NCBI GenBank assembly: GCA_965279305.1
Contig: OZ257143.1
Span: 750,001 to 782,000, forward strand
DNA length: 32,000 bases
From: Gammaproteobacteria bacterium
Lineage (GTDB): Bacteria > Pseudomonadota > Gammaproteobacteria > JBIOEC01
Direction of reading: 5' to 3'
In this document: piece by piece, positions 1-8,586 of the stretch
Numbering within the stretch: position 1 is the first letter of the stretch
Layout: every line of letters begins with the position of its first letter
Program-made: the position numbers and the translations under genes
The notes under the pieces: generated by a model
What the model was told of the DNA's origin: nothing
The model's input: the letters and a program-made list of their open reading frames with translations, nothing else
Database searches by the model: none

Positions 1-1
1 C

Positions 2-403
2 ATGACCCATATGATTATTGCAGCCAGCCGATACTATCAGAAAAAAGTCAGCGATAAAAAATATGAATGGATTGAAGAATATTTTTCAAAACAGCCTGAT
101 TTTTTAGTGAATAAAGTAAAAGCTGATATAGCAATGGAAATTGCTTTAGTGTTTTTACTTAGAGATTATTCAACTAGTCATGCGGCGGTAGAAGCAGTTC
201 AAAAATATATTAAAGCTAATTTTTCTGCTGAGCATAATATGATATTAGGTGTGGATGGGAATGCTGAAATCAATGCGGGCGAGCATCGCAATGTGTTGGC
301 GTTAATGGTTTTAAAATGGCCTAACCAATTACACGCGGGGCCTAATTTATCAAAAGAGAGTGGTTATCAACGCTTTAAAATAACACCGGGCTTTGATATA
401 TAG
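2..403 (+). CDS. hypothetical protein, C-terminal part (5' end outside the window)
   Basis: The frame is open from the window edge to TAG at 401-403 (133 codons). I recognise no family motif. It is convergent with rlmJ, with one nucleotide between the two stop codons. Confidence 0.5.
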   Translation: MTHMIIAASRYYQKKVSDKKYEWIEEYFSKQPDFLVNKVKADIAMEIALVFLLRDYSTSHAAVEAVQKYIKANFSAEHNMILGVDGNAEINAGEHRNVLALMVLKWPNQLHAGPNLSKESGYQRFKITPGFDI

Positions 404-404
404 C

Positions 405-1250
405 CTATTTATCTTTAGCAAGCCACAAAAACTTAGATTTACCTTTTTCTTCTAAGCCTAGCGCTTTTAAGATTTCAGGAAGCAGTGGCTCTATCACTTT
501 GTCGAATTGCCATGGTGCATTAATAATCACTAATCCTGATCCTTTTAAACGGTTTTGCTCAGCGTTGGGTTTTGACCAACACTCTGCCGCCATGATATTT
601 TTAAATTCTAGTTTTTTTAAACTATGATAAAAGTTTAATATCTGCTGATATTCTTTGATGGGAAACCAAATGACATAAGTACCAGTATTCCAACGAGTTT
701 GCATCAGAGTAAGCGCTTTAAGCACTTGTTCAAATTCATCGGTGGCTTCAAAAGGGGGATCAATAAGTACCATTCCTCGTTTCTCTTTGGGTGGCAACAG
801 TGCAGTTAACGCTTCATATCCATTTCGGTAATGCGCATGTATTTGTTTATCGTGTCTGAAATAATATTGCAATTTTTCATATACCGAAGGATGAAGCTCA
901 CACAAAATAGCTTCATCATGCTCTCTTAAATATTGCTTGGCAAATAAACCAGAGCCTGGATAAAACTGTAAAGTATCATCGGGATTAAAAGAACGTACTA
1001 ATTGAAGATAATCGGCTAGTGGTTTGGGAAGATCAGCTTTTGCTTTCCATAATTTAGCAATACCGTCTTTGTACTCTAATGTTTTTTGAGAGGGATTGGC
1101 TTGCAAATCATAAATCGCTTCTCCCGCATGAGTTTCTATATAGCACATGGGCGCTGGTTTTTTTTGTAAAAATTCTATTAATTGAAGCACTACTGAATGT
1201 TTAAATACATCAGCGACAGCACCTGCATGATACGAATGTTGATAGTTCAT
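405..1250 (-). CDS. rlmJ: 23S rRNA (adenine2030-N6)-methyltransferase RlmJ
   Basis: The N-terminus MNYQHSYHAGAVADVFKH matches the RlmJ/YhiR signature (E. coli MLSYRHSFHAGNHADVLKH). It has the N6-adenine methyltransferase motif LIDPPFE and is 281 aa. Its start lies 4 nt downstream of the rep stop. Confidence 0.9.
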   Translation of the reverse strand: MNYQHSYHAGAVADVFKHSVVLQLIEFLQKKPAPMCYIETHAGEAIYDLQANPSQKTLEYKDGIAKLWKAKADLPKPLADYLQLVRSFNPDDTLQFYPGSGLFAKQYLREHDEAILCELHPSVYEKLQYYFRHDKQIHAHYRNGYEALTALLPPKEKRGMVLIDPPFEATDEFEQVLKALTLMQTRWNTGTYVIWFPIKEYQQILNFYHSLKKLEFKNIMAAECWSKPNAEQNRLKGSGLVIINAPWQFDKVIEPLLPEILKALGLEEKGKSKFLWLAKDK

Positions 1251-1254
1251 ATAA

Positions 1255-3252
1255 TTATCCTTGTAGCATGGCTTTTAAACTATCGAGATGGCTTTTTCCT
1301 GTTTGCATTTTTTCTTCAGGACTGCGTTTATCATTTCGACCTTCCCAATGTAAATGCTCATCAGGTAATTCAGCTAAAAAGCGACTAGGCTTTGTGCTAT
1401 GAAAATCTTTATAACGTTGCCGTCTTTGTGCATAGCTTAATACTAGTACTTCTTGGGCTCTTGTAATACCTACATATAATAGCCTACGTTCTTCTTCAAT
1501 CGTATCACTTTCTATACTATTTTTATGAGGTAAAATATCTTCTTCCAACCCTACTAAAAAGACAAAAGGGAATTCTAAGCCTTTAGCGGCATGCAATGTC
1601 ATTAATTGCACTTTATCTTTCATATCTTCAGAAGAGGTTTGGCTTAGCATATCCAGTAAACATAAACGCTGAATAACAGAGGCAATATCCATTTTTTCAT
1701 TGGCCACAAGCATTCGTTGCATCCAGGCGATCAAATCATTCACGTTCTTTTGTCGTCGCTCTGCTGCAGGAGGTGATTTACTATTGCTTTGGATCCAATG
1801 GGTATAATCCATATCGGTAAGCATTTGATGTAATATTTGAGTGTTTCTTTGATCATGCAGTTCTTTACTTAATCCGCCTATCCAATCAGAAAACTGCAAT
1901 AAACTCCGTGCACTACTAGAGCTTAATAAGTGAGTATGACCATAATCATGACAGGCATCTAATAAGCTTAATCCGCGTTGTTTGGCATGAGCACTTAATT
2001 GTTGAAGCGTTTGTGTGCCTATACCTCTTCTAGGCGTATTAATTACACGTAAAAAAGCCATATCATCAGAAGGATTAATGAGTAATCGGCAATAGGCTAA
2101 TACATCTTTAATTTCAGCATGAGAGAAAAAAGATTGGCCGCCACTCAAATGATAAGGAATTTGTTGCTCGCGTAATGCTTGTTCAAAAGGACGCGCTTGA
2201 TGATTACTGCGATACAAAATAGCATATTGATGAAAGCTTTTACCAAATCGTAATTTATGTGAAAGCAATTCTTGAACAACACGCACCACTTCAGTTTCAG
2301 AATCTTTCATTTGAATAACACGTACACGTTCGCCAACGCCATGCTGGCTCCATAAATTTTTGGTAAATAAATGAGGATTGTTGGCAATTAAATGATTGGC
2401 CACTTTTAAAATACGTTGAGTGGAGCGATAATTTTGCTCTAGCTTTATCACATCTAATTTAGGGAAATCATCTTTTAATTTAAGTAAATTATCGGCTTGA
2501 GCACCACGCCAGGCATAAATAGCTTGGTCATCATCGCCTACTACAGTAAAAGGAGTTTTTCTTCCTACTAATAATTTTAATAATTCATATTGCGAAAGGT
2601 TAGTATCTTGATATTCATCCACCAATAAATAACTCAGTCTTTGTTGCCATTTAGATAAAATGGCAGAATTGGTTTGAAATAATTCTACTGGCACTAGCAA
2701 TAGATCATCAAAATCCACTGTATGATAGGCGTTCAATGCTTCTCTATAAGCGGCATATAAAATAATATGCTTTTGTTGCTCGGCTGTTAATTCTTCTTGT
2801 AAAAGCCTTTCAGGGGTTTTTAATTGATTTTTCCATTGAGATATTTGCATTTGAACATCTTCAACAGGATAGTTAACGGAGTGTTCTTGTAATAGTTTTT
2901 TTAATAAATCGGTTGCATCGGCCTGATCCAAAATGGAAAAACGTTTGGCTAAATTAAGCGCTTCATATTCTGTGCGCAAAATATTGAGCCCTAAGCTATG
3001 AAAAGTGGTAATTAACAAACCTTCGGGTAATTTTTTATTATAACGTTTGCTGATCCGTTCCTGCATTTCTTGAGCCGCTTTATTAGTAAAAGTGAGCGCA
3101 ATAATTTTTTCAGGTAGAAAATGACAATTTTCTATCAAATGATGAATTTTTTCCGTGATCACACGCGTTTTACCGCTACCAGCGCCTGCTAATACCAATA
3201 GAGGTTTATCAATAGTATTAACAGCGGCTAGCTGCTGAGGATTCAATTGCAT
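1255..3252 (-). CDS. rep: ATP-dependent DNA helicase Rep (SF1, UvrD/Rep family)
   Basis: It is colinear with E. coli Rep from MQLNPQQLAAV..LVLAGAGSGKTRVIT (Walker A) through DEYQDTN, LEQNYRS, LMTLHAAKGLEF and YVGITRA. The Rep-type C-terminus (GKSHLDSLKAM) is present. 665 aa. Confidence 0.95.
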   Translation of the reverse strand: MQLNPQQLAAVNTIDKPLLVLAGAGSGKTRVITEKIHHLIENCHFLPEKIIALTFTNKAAQEMQERISKRYNKKLPEGLLITTFHSLGLNILRTEYEALNLAKRFSILDQADATDLLKKLLQEHSVNYPVEDVQMQISQWKNQLKTPERLLQEELTAEQQKHIILYAAYREALNAYHTVDFDDLLLVPVELFQTNSAILSKWQQRLSYLLVDEYQDTNLSQYELLKLLVGRKTPFTVVGDDDQAIYAWRGAQADNLLKLKDDFPKLDVIKLEQNYRSTQRILKVANHLIANNPHLFTKNLWSQHGVGERVRVIQMKDSETEVVRVVQELLSHKLRFGKSFHQYAILYRSNHQARPFEQALREQQIPYHLSGGQSFFSHAEIKDVLAYCRLLINPSDDMAFLRVINTPRRGIGTQTLQQLSAHAKQRGLSLLDACHDYGHTHLLSSSSARSLLQFSDWIGGLSKELHDQRNTQILHQMLTDMDYTHWIQSNSKSPPAAERRQKNVNDLIAWMQRMLVANEKMDIASVIQRLCLLDMLSQTSSEDMKDKVQLMTLHAAKGLEFPFVFLVGLEEDILPHKNSIESDTIEEERRLLYVGITRAQEVLVLSYAQRRQRYKDFHSTKPSRFLAELPDEHLHWEGRNDKRSPEEKMQTGKSHLDSLKAMLQG

Positions 3253-3405
3253 AGTAAATCACTAATAGTGGCTGGAGGTGAAAATTACGAGAAGACTATT
3301 ATGGCAAATAATCACTCTATTGGCCAGCAGAAATAATGCGTTTTTATAAGAAAAATATTACAGTTTGGCCAGCTATTTTAAAAGGGTAAAAAAGTGTAAA
3401 GGCAG

Positions 3406-3434
3406 TTGAATTAGGAAGTTTTTTATATTAATAT
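3406..3434 (+). promoter_or_regulatory. putative sigma-70 promoter for the DUF1640-tgt unit
   Basis: TTGAAT (3406-3411), a 17-nt spacer, then TAATAT (3429-3434), ending 29 nt upstream of the ATG at 3463. AT-rich context, so it could be chance. Confidence 0.35.
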
Positions 3435-3462
3435 TTATTTAAGACTTCCGGAATTTATTATT

Positions 3463-3843
3463 ATGAATTTACCTATCAGTACTTTACAAATGGCCAAAAG
3501 GTTCGAGCAAAGCGGCTTTTCTGCGCAGCAATCAGAAGTGCTGTCAGAAACAATTTTTGAAACCTTGGATGATCATACGAGAGGGTTCGCCACAGCTGAG
3601 GCACTTGAGAGAACTGAGATCGCCATAAGAAAAGATATGGAGTTGCTCGATCAGAAAATTGACCATCGATGTGAAATGCTCGATCAAAAAATAGATAAGC
3701 TTGAAGTGAGTTTGCGTGCAGAATTTAAAGGGGGCTTGCAAGATCTAGGGCAAAAGCTCACAATTAGGCTTGGTTCACTGATGGTAGGGCTGTTTACCAT
3801 CCTTTCTAGCCTTATAGGGTTTATTGCATTAGCGGACTTATGA
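3463..3843 (+). CDS. DUF1640 (CCDC90/MCUR1-like) coiled-coil protein with C-terminal TM anchor
   Basis: The layout is typical of DUF1640. An N-terminal FEQSGFSAQQSEVLSE helix is followed by a coiled coil (LLDQKIDHRCEMLDQKIDKLE) and a hydrophobic C-terminus (LGSLMVGLFTILSSLIGFIAL). The stop overlaps the tgt start (ATGA at 3840-3843). Confidence 0.75.
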   Translation: MNLPISTLQMAKRFEQSGFSAQQSEVLSETIFETLDDHTRGFATAEALERTEIAIRKDMELLDQKIDHRCEMLDQKIDKLEVSLRAEFKGGLQDLGQKLTIRLGSLMVGLFTILSSLIGFIALADL

Positions 3844-4994
3844 CTTTTAGTACCACACTTCTTAAAAAATATATCCACAATCATGCTCGTGTAACCCGTG
3901 TTACTACCGCACATGGCGAGATCACTACGCCTGCCTTTATGCCCGTAGGTACTCGCGCTGTGGTTAACCATATGACCCCTACCGATTTGAAAGAAGCGGG
4001 AAGCCAAATTATTTTAGGGGGTAATACCTATCATATGTTGGTAGCGCCCGGTTTAGATGTGATTGAAAAGGCCGGTGGCATGCACGTGTTTATGGATTGG
4101 AACGGGCCTATGCTAACCGATAGCGGCGGGTTCCAAGTATTTAGCCTTTCTAAAAATAAAAAGATTTGTAAAATAGATGAAATCGGTGGTCATTTTAAAC
4201 ATCCACAAAGCGGTAAAGTTATTCACTTAACGCCGGCTAGTTCTATTCACGCCCAAAAAATTATTGGGGCCGATATTATTATGGCTTTTGATCAATGCAC
4301 GCCAGAAGAAGGCGGCAGAGAGATAGCAGTGGCAGCAATGGATAGAACACATCGTTGGTTATTAGAATCAAAAACAGAGCATGATAAAAATCCTCTGACA
4401 CCGTATGGATATCAGCAAGCGTTATTTGGCATTATTCAAGGTGGAAGCTTTGAAGATCTTCGATTAAAAAGTGCAGAATTTGTTACCTGTTTAGATTTAG
4501 ATGGTATTGCTATTGGTGGTGAAGTAATTGGTTTTGATATGATCAAAACCGAAGAAGTATTGAATTGGGTTCGACCCTTTTTACCGGAAAATAAAGTTCG
4601 ATACACGATGGGTGTTGGATTAAATCCTCAAGATTTAATTGATGTAGTGGCACAAGGCATTGATATTTTTGATTGTGTAGCACCTACCAGAAATGCACGT
4701 CATGGCGCTTTATATTGTGGCCATATGGAAAAGAAAGATAATTGGTTTACCTTTGCTCCGGATGAAACGAATGGCAGAGTGCTGATTAAAAAAGCCATAT
4801 ACGCTACCGATGAACGGCCGATCACAGAAGGTTGCACTTGCTATACCTGCACCCATTTTTCTCGCTCTTATTTACATTTCTTATTTAAACAAGATTCTGC
4901 TATGTATTCTCATTTGGCATGTATTCATAATATTCATACTATGCACGATGTGTGCACCACTTTACGTCACCATATCTTGGAAGTTGGCTCTTAG
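3840..4994 (+). CDS. tgt: tRNA-guanine(34) transglycosylase (queuine tRNA-ribosyltransferase)
   Basis: Motifs TPAFMPVGT, LGGNTYH, LTDSGGFQVFSL and the zinc-site region CTCYTCTHFSRSYLHFLF are present. 384 aa. Confidence 0.95.
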   Translation: MTFSTTLLKKYIHNHARVTRVTTAHGEITTPAFMPVGTRAVVNHMTPTDLKEAGSQIILGGNTYHMLVAPGLDVIEKAGGMHVFMDWNGPMLTDSGGFQVFSLSKNKKICKIDEIGGHFKHPQSGKVIHLTPASSIHAQKIIGADIIMAFDQCTPEEGGREIAVAAMDRTHRWLLESKTEHDKNPLTPYGYQQALFGIIQGGSFEDLRLKSAEFVTCLDLDGIAIGGEVIGFDMIKTEEVLNWVRPFLPENKVRYTMGVGLNPQDLIDVVAQGIDIFDCVAPTRNARHGALYCGHMEKKDNWFTFAPDETNGRVLIKKAIYATDERPITEGCTCYTCTHFSRSYLHFLFKQDSAMYSHLACIHNIHTMHDVCTTLRHHILEVGS

Positions 4995-6470
4995 CATTAG
5001 TGCTTCGGCGATATGATCTTCTTCAATCATTCGGCTTTCTGCTAAATCTGCAATTGTACGTGATACTTTAAGTAATCGATGAAATGCTCGAGAAGAAAGC
5101 AAAATATTTTTAGCAGCTTTTTGAAATAATTTTTCGGCGTTAGGGGTTAATTTACAAACCGATGTCATTTGGGGAACAGAAAGCTGTGCATTCAAGCACT
5201 GATTAAAATGAAGCTGACGTTTTCTAGCAGCAATAACTCTTTCTCGAATAATAGCACTGCTTTCTGTTGGGGATGATTTTTGAAATAAATCGTTGGCTTG
5301 TGTATGAACTGGAACATGTAAATCAATGCGATCTAATAATGGCCCTGATAATTTTCGTTGATAACGTAAAATTTGCTCTGCTGTGCAATGGCATTTTCCA
5401 TTAGTATGACCTGCATAACCACAAGGGCAGGGATTCATGGCACATATTAATTGGAATTGTGCGGGATATTCGGCTTGATGCATAGCGCGTGATATAGATA
5501 CTTTTCCGGATTCTAAGGGTTCTCGTAATACTTCTAGTGCCGCGCGACTAAATTCAGGAATTTCATCTAAAAATAAGACACCGTGATGAGCCAGCGAAAC
5601 TTCTCCGGGTTTGGGTGGGCTTCCGCCACCAATTAAGGCGATGGCCGAAGTAGAATGGTGTGGCGAACGAAATACGCACTGCTGCCACTGTTGAATAGAA
5701 AATCCTTGTTTAGTAAGCGAATAAATAGCAGCACTTTCTAATGCGGCTGCAGTAGATAGGGGCGGTAAAATAGAAGGTAATCGTGTGGCCAGCATGGTTT
5801 TACCAGCACCTGGGGAACCAATCATTAACATACTATGGTTTCCAGCAGCAGCAATTTCCAAAGCGCGACGAGCCATATGTTGGCCTTGAATATCGCTCAT
5901 ATCTGCATCGTAATGTTTGGGTAAAATATCAATAGGTGCAATAGGCAAAAGTGTTTGAGTATCATGAAGAAATTGGCATACTTCTAATAAATGTGTGGCT
6001 GAATAAATAGGAATATCGGAAACCAAAGAAGCTTCATTGGCATTATTAGGATGAAGAATTAATGAACGTTGTTGCGCACGAGCAGCCAAAGCAAAAGGCA
6101 GTGCACCTTTAAAAGCGCGTAACTCACCAGACAATGCGAGCTCTCCTGCAAATTCATATTGGTCTAATTGTTCTTTCGGAATTTGATCAGACGCTGCTAA
6201 AATACTTAAGGCAATGGGTAAATCGAATCGGCCTCCTTCTTTAGGTAAATCAGCGGGTGCTAAATTAACAATGATTTTTTTGGAGGGGAATTTAAAACGA
6301 CAATTCATAATCGCGCTGCGCACACGATCTTTACTTTCTTTAACTACTTTTTCAGGTAAGCCGACAATAGAAAAGCCGGGTTGTCCTCGGCCAATATGGG
6401 TTTCTACCGTCACTAAAGGGGCATTCATGCCTAATTGCGCGCGACAATAGACAACCGCCAGTGACATCAC
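4962..6470 (-). CDS. comM: YifB/ComM family Mg-chelatase-like AAA+ ATPase
   Basis: The N-terminal Lon-like domain (VETHIGRGQPGFSIVGLPEKVVKESKDRV), Walker A (GSPGAGKT), LFLDEIPEF and the Cys cluster CPCGYAGHTNGKCHC are present. The start may be the second Met (6467). The 3' end overlaps the tgt 3' end by 33 nt. Confidence 0.9.
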   Translation of the reverse strand: MMSLAVVYCRAQLGMNAPLVTVETHIGRGQPGFSIVGLPEKVVKESKDRVRSAIMNCRFKFPSKKIIVNLAPADLPKEGGRFDLPIALSILAASDQIPKEQLDQYEFAGELALSGELRAFKGALPFALAARAQQRSLILHPNNANEASLVSDIPIYSATHLLEVCQFLHDTQTLLPIAPIDILPKHYDADMSDIQGQHMARRALEIAAAGNHSMLMIGSPGAGKTMLATRLPSILPPLSTAAALESAAIYSLTKQGFSIQQWQQCVFRSPHHSTSAIALIGGGSPPKPGEVSLAHHGVLFLDEIPEFSRAALEVLREPLESGKVSISRAMHQAEYPAQFQLICAMNPCPCGYAGHTNGKCHCTAEQILRYQRKLSGPLLDRIDLHVPVHTQANDLFQKSSPTESSAIIRERVIAARKRQLHFNQCLNAQLSVPQMTSVCKLTPNAEKLFQKAAKNILLSSRAFHRLLKVSRTIADLAESRMIEEDHIAEALMLRANFQDMVT

Positions 6471-6475
6471 ATCCT

Positions 6476-6724
6476 CTATGCCTGTTGGCGTTTTTCCATG
6501 GTTTCTACTTGCTGTAATAATTTTTCAAGCTTTATACGAGTTTGTGCTAGTACTTCGGCTTGTACATCAAATTCTTCGCGAGTGACAAGATCTAATTTGT
6601 TAAAAGTTTGTTGTAAAACGTTTTTAAAAGTTTTTTCTACATCACTACGAAGTCCGCTCATAGCAGAGGGAAGGGTGCTACTCAGTTTACGAGCAACATC
6701 ATCAAAAAATTCTGAATTAAACAT
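6476..6724 (-). CDS. ubiK: ubiquinone biosynthesis accessory factor UbiK (YqiC/BMFP family)
   Basis: The core LDLVTREEFDVQAEVLAQTRIKLEKL matches E. coli UbiK ([23 protein letters not shown]). 82 aa. An AGGAGT Shine-Dalgarno sits upstream. The stop lies 5 nt upstream of the comM start. Confidence 0.85.
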   Translation of the reverse strand: MFNSEFFDDVARKLSSTLPSAMSGLRSDVEKTFKNVLQQTFNKLDLVTREEFDVQAEVLAQTRIKLEKLLQQVETMEKRQQA

Positions 6725-6789
6725 AATCGATACTCCTGTTTATTAATATTACCTTAGCAAAAAAAATCATAATAAACAAGAGTTCGTTA

Positions 6790-7620
6790 TTATATTCCTT
6801 TCATTAATGGAGGATTCGCTAAAGCCGCTTGATGCATATCTGCATTATAGTAACGAGTAGCAAAAGGTAGTGGTTCTACTTTACGGAAAGAAGTTAACAA
6901 AGTTTCTTTGCTCGCCATTGTGCATGACCACCAGCCAGATTCATAACAAGGCTGAGGAAATAATAAGGTATGCAGTTTTGAAAAACCGGCTTGTTTCATT
7001 GCACTTCTCATATCACGCATTAATTCTAAATGAAATAAAGGCGATTCACTTTGCTGTACTAAAATACCGTTAGGTTTTAAAGCACGTAAACAATCCGCAT
7101 AAAATGCTTTGTTAAATAATCCTTCAGCCGGGCCGATAGGATCAGTCGAATCCACGATAATCACATCTAAGCTGCTTTCAGGTTGTGCTTTCATCCACGC
7201 AATACCATCTTGAAATAAAAGTTCAGCACGAGGATCTGAATTGCTAGAGCAAAGTTCTGGGAAATAAATTTCAGCCAGCTCAGTAACGCGACGGTCAATT
7301 TCAATTTGGCGTGCACGTTTTACATTTTTATGTAATAACACTTGTTGTAATGTGCCGCAGTCACCACCGCCAATTACCACTACTTCTTGTGGGTTAGGGT
7401 GTGTGAATAATACAGGATGACTCATCATTTCATGGTAAAGAAAATTATCCAGGCCAGTGACCATAATAATGTCATCAATTAGCATCAGATTGCCAAAATG
7501 AGTGGTGCTGTAAATATCAATTTTTTGATACTCGGATTTTTCGCTATGCAAATGAGCGGTGGTTTCCAAACCAAAAGCAGAGCCTTTAGGCGCATATGGC
7601 TGCATTACCCATTCTGTCAT
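6790..7620 (-). CDS. speE: spermidine synthase (aminopropyltransferase)
   Basis: Motifs YQKIDIY, LMLIDDIIMVT..DNFLYHEM, VIGGGDCGT and IVDSTDPIGPAEGLF are present. I place the start at the ATG at 7620 (MTEWVMQPY) because GGAGGA lies 7 nt upstream. The track ORF extends 25 codons further, probably spuriously. Confidence 0.9.
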   Translation of the reverse strand: MTEWVMQPYAPKGSAFGLETTAHLHSEKSEYQKIDIYSTTHFGNLMLIDDIIMVTGLDNFLYHEMMSHPVLFTHPNPQEVVVIGGGDCGTLQQVLLHKNVKRARQIEIDRRVTELAEIYFPELCSSNSDPRAELLFQDGIAWMKAQPESSLDVIIVDSTDPIGPAEGLFNKAFYADCLRALKPNGILVQQSESPLFHLELMRDMRSAMKQAGFSKLHTLLFPQPCYESGWWSCTMASKETLLTSFRKVEPLPFATRYYNADMHQAALANPPLMKGI

Positions 7621-7799
7621 ATCGAGATCCTCCAATAGCAAAAAGAAAGTGGGTATTTTCCTTAATAATGGCTGAATTGTCAATTTTTTATGCAACTTAC
7701 TAGCAGGAAATTGAAGTGTTTACCTTGGCTGTGTTATTATACTTGGATTACCATAGGAGATGGTGAGTACTCATTAGCAAATTTCACCAAGGATCATTT

Positions 7800-8552
7800 A
7801 TGAAAATTCGCATACTCACTCTTTCTCTTGGCCTTCTTGCCACATTTGCATGCTTTGCAGAATCCGAATGGATTTCCGAAGGATGGAATTCCAAAAATCT
7901 CCAAAACTGGGTTGTGACTGGCCGTTTAGGCCTAGACCTGATTGAGCCAGGCAACAAGCGACATGCTAGTGTAGTTGAAGGTTTTTTACCCGATGAATAC
8001 ACTTCTACCAATACTCCGTTTCAAGTAGGTTACGGTGTATTTTTAGGTCGCCAATGGCAACCTAAGTGTTGTAAGGGTTTTGATGCTCAGCTTGGATTAA
8101 GTTATAATTTTCTTCCCCGCTTTGATCTTAAAGGCGATATTGATGAATTTGGTGATCCTGCTTTAAATGATTTATCTTACGAATACAGAATTCAACATCA
8201 ACGCTTAAGCGTAGAACTTAAAACCTTATATGAAATGAAAGACCGATGGTATCCCTATGTTTTATTAGGGCTTGGAGTTGCTTGGAATAAGTCTTATCAT
8301 TATACAGAACACACTTCTAGTATTACTGAAGTTCCACGAAATCCATTTAAAGATACCACCACCACTGCTTTTGCATGGAGTCTTGGTGTGGGTATTGAAA
8401 AAGAAATTTATGAAAATATTCGTTTAGGTTTAGCTTATTTATATACTGATGCTGGTCAAGCAGAACTAGATGCAATAAAAAGCAGTGATTCACTAACCAT
8501 TGATAATTTGTCTATTAACCAGATCTTATTCGACGCTAGCTATATTTTCTAA
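7800..8552 (+). CDS. small outer-membrane beta-barrel protein (OmpA-N/OmpW/opacity-like class)
   Basis: The signal peptide is MKIRILTLSLGLLATFACFA|ESE. Amphipathic beta-strand patterns alternate (e.g. AWSLGVGIEKEIYENIRLGLAYLYTD). The C-terminus is aromatic (DASYIF-stop), as is typical of BAM substrates. An AAGGA Shine-Dalgarno lies 5-6 nt upstream. Confidence 0.7.
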   Translation: MKIRILTLSLGLLATFACFAESEWISEGWNSKNLQNWVVTGRLGLDLIEPGNKRHASVVEGFLPDEYTSTNTPFQVGYGVFLGRQWQPKCCKGFDAQLGLSYNFLPRFDLKGDIDEFGDPALNDLSYEYRIQHQRLSVELKTLYEMKDRWYPYVLLGLGVAWNKSYHYTEHTSSITEVPRNPFKDTTTTAFAWSLGVGIEKEIYENIRLGLAYLYTDAGQAELDAIKSSDSLTIDNLSINQILFDASYIF

Positions 8553-8586
8553 GCAGCTTAAAAAAACAATGAGGAGCTTCCTTGTC

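Noticed and set aside
1197-1388. Many 60-116-aa ORFs in the track lie antisense to, or out of frame within, long well-supported genes. Examples: 1197-1388, 3544-3741, 3684-4007, 4810-5016, 6214-6450, 6498-6746, 6870-7073, 7784-8011, 8526-8711, 9438-9638, 9879-10112, 10124-10417, 10137-10487, 10497-10739, 11058-11258, 12795-13010, 14233-14421, 14662-14946, 14959-15231, 16189-16654, 19561-19752, 20776-20988, 23566-23757, 24882-25172, 26033-26296, 26507-26695, 28734-28988, 29513-30153.
   Set aside because: Each is fully or largely embedded in a gene with clear family motifs on another frame or strand. They lack ribosome-binding sites and have low-complexity or odd composition. They are shadow ORFs.
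7621-7695. N-terminal extensions proposed by the ORF track: speE to 7695, hslV to 26442, coq7 to 30122, rpiA to 30898, the HU-like gene from 31343, the VOC gene from 26449 and the surface protein from 8500.
   Set aside because: In each case an internal ATG preceded by a good Shine-Dalgarno gives a product matching the canonical family N-terminus or length. The extensions overlap upstream genes or promoters, and some begin with non-ATG codons.
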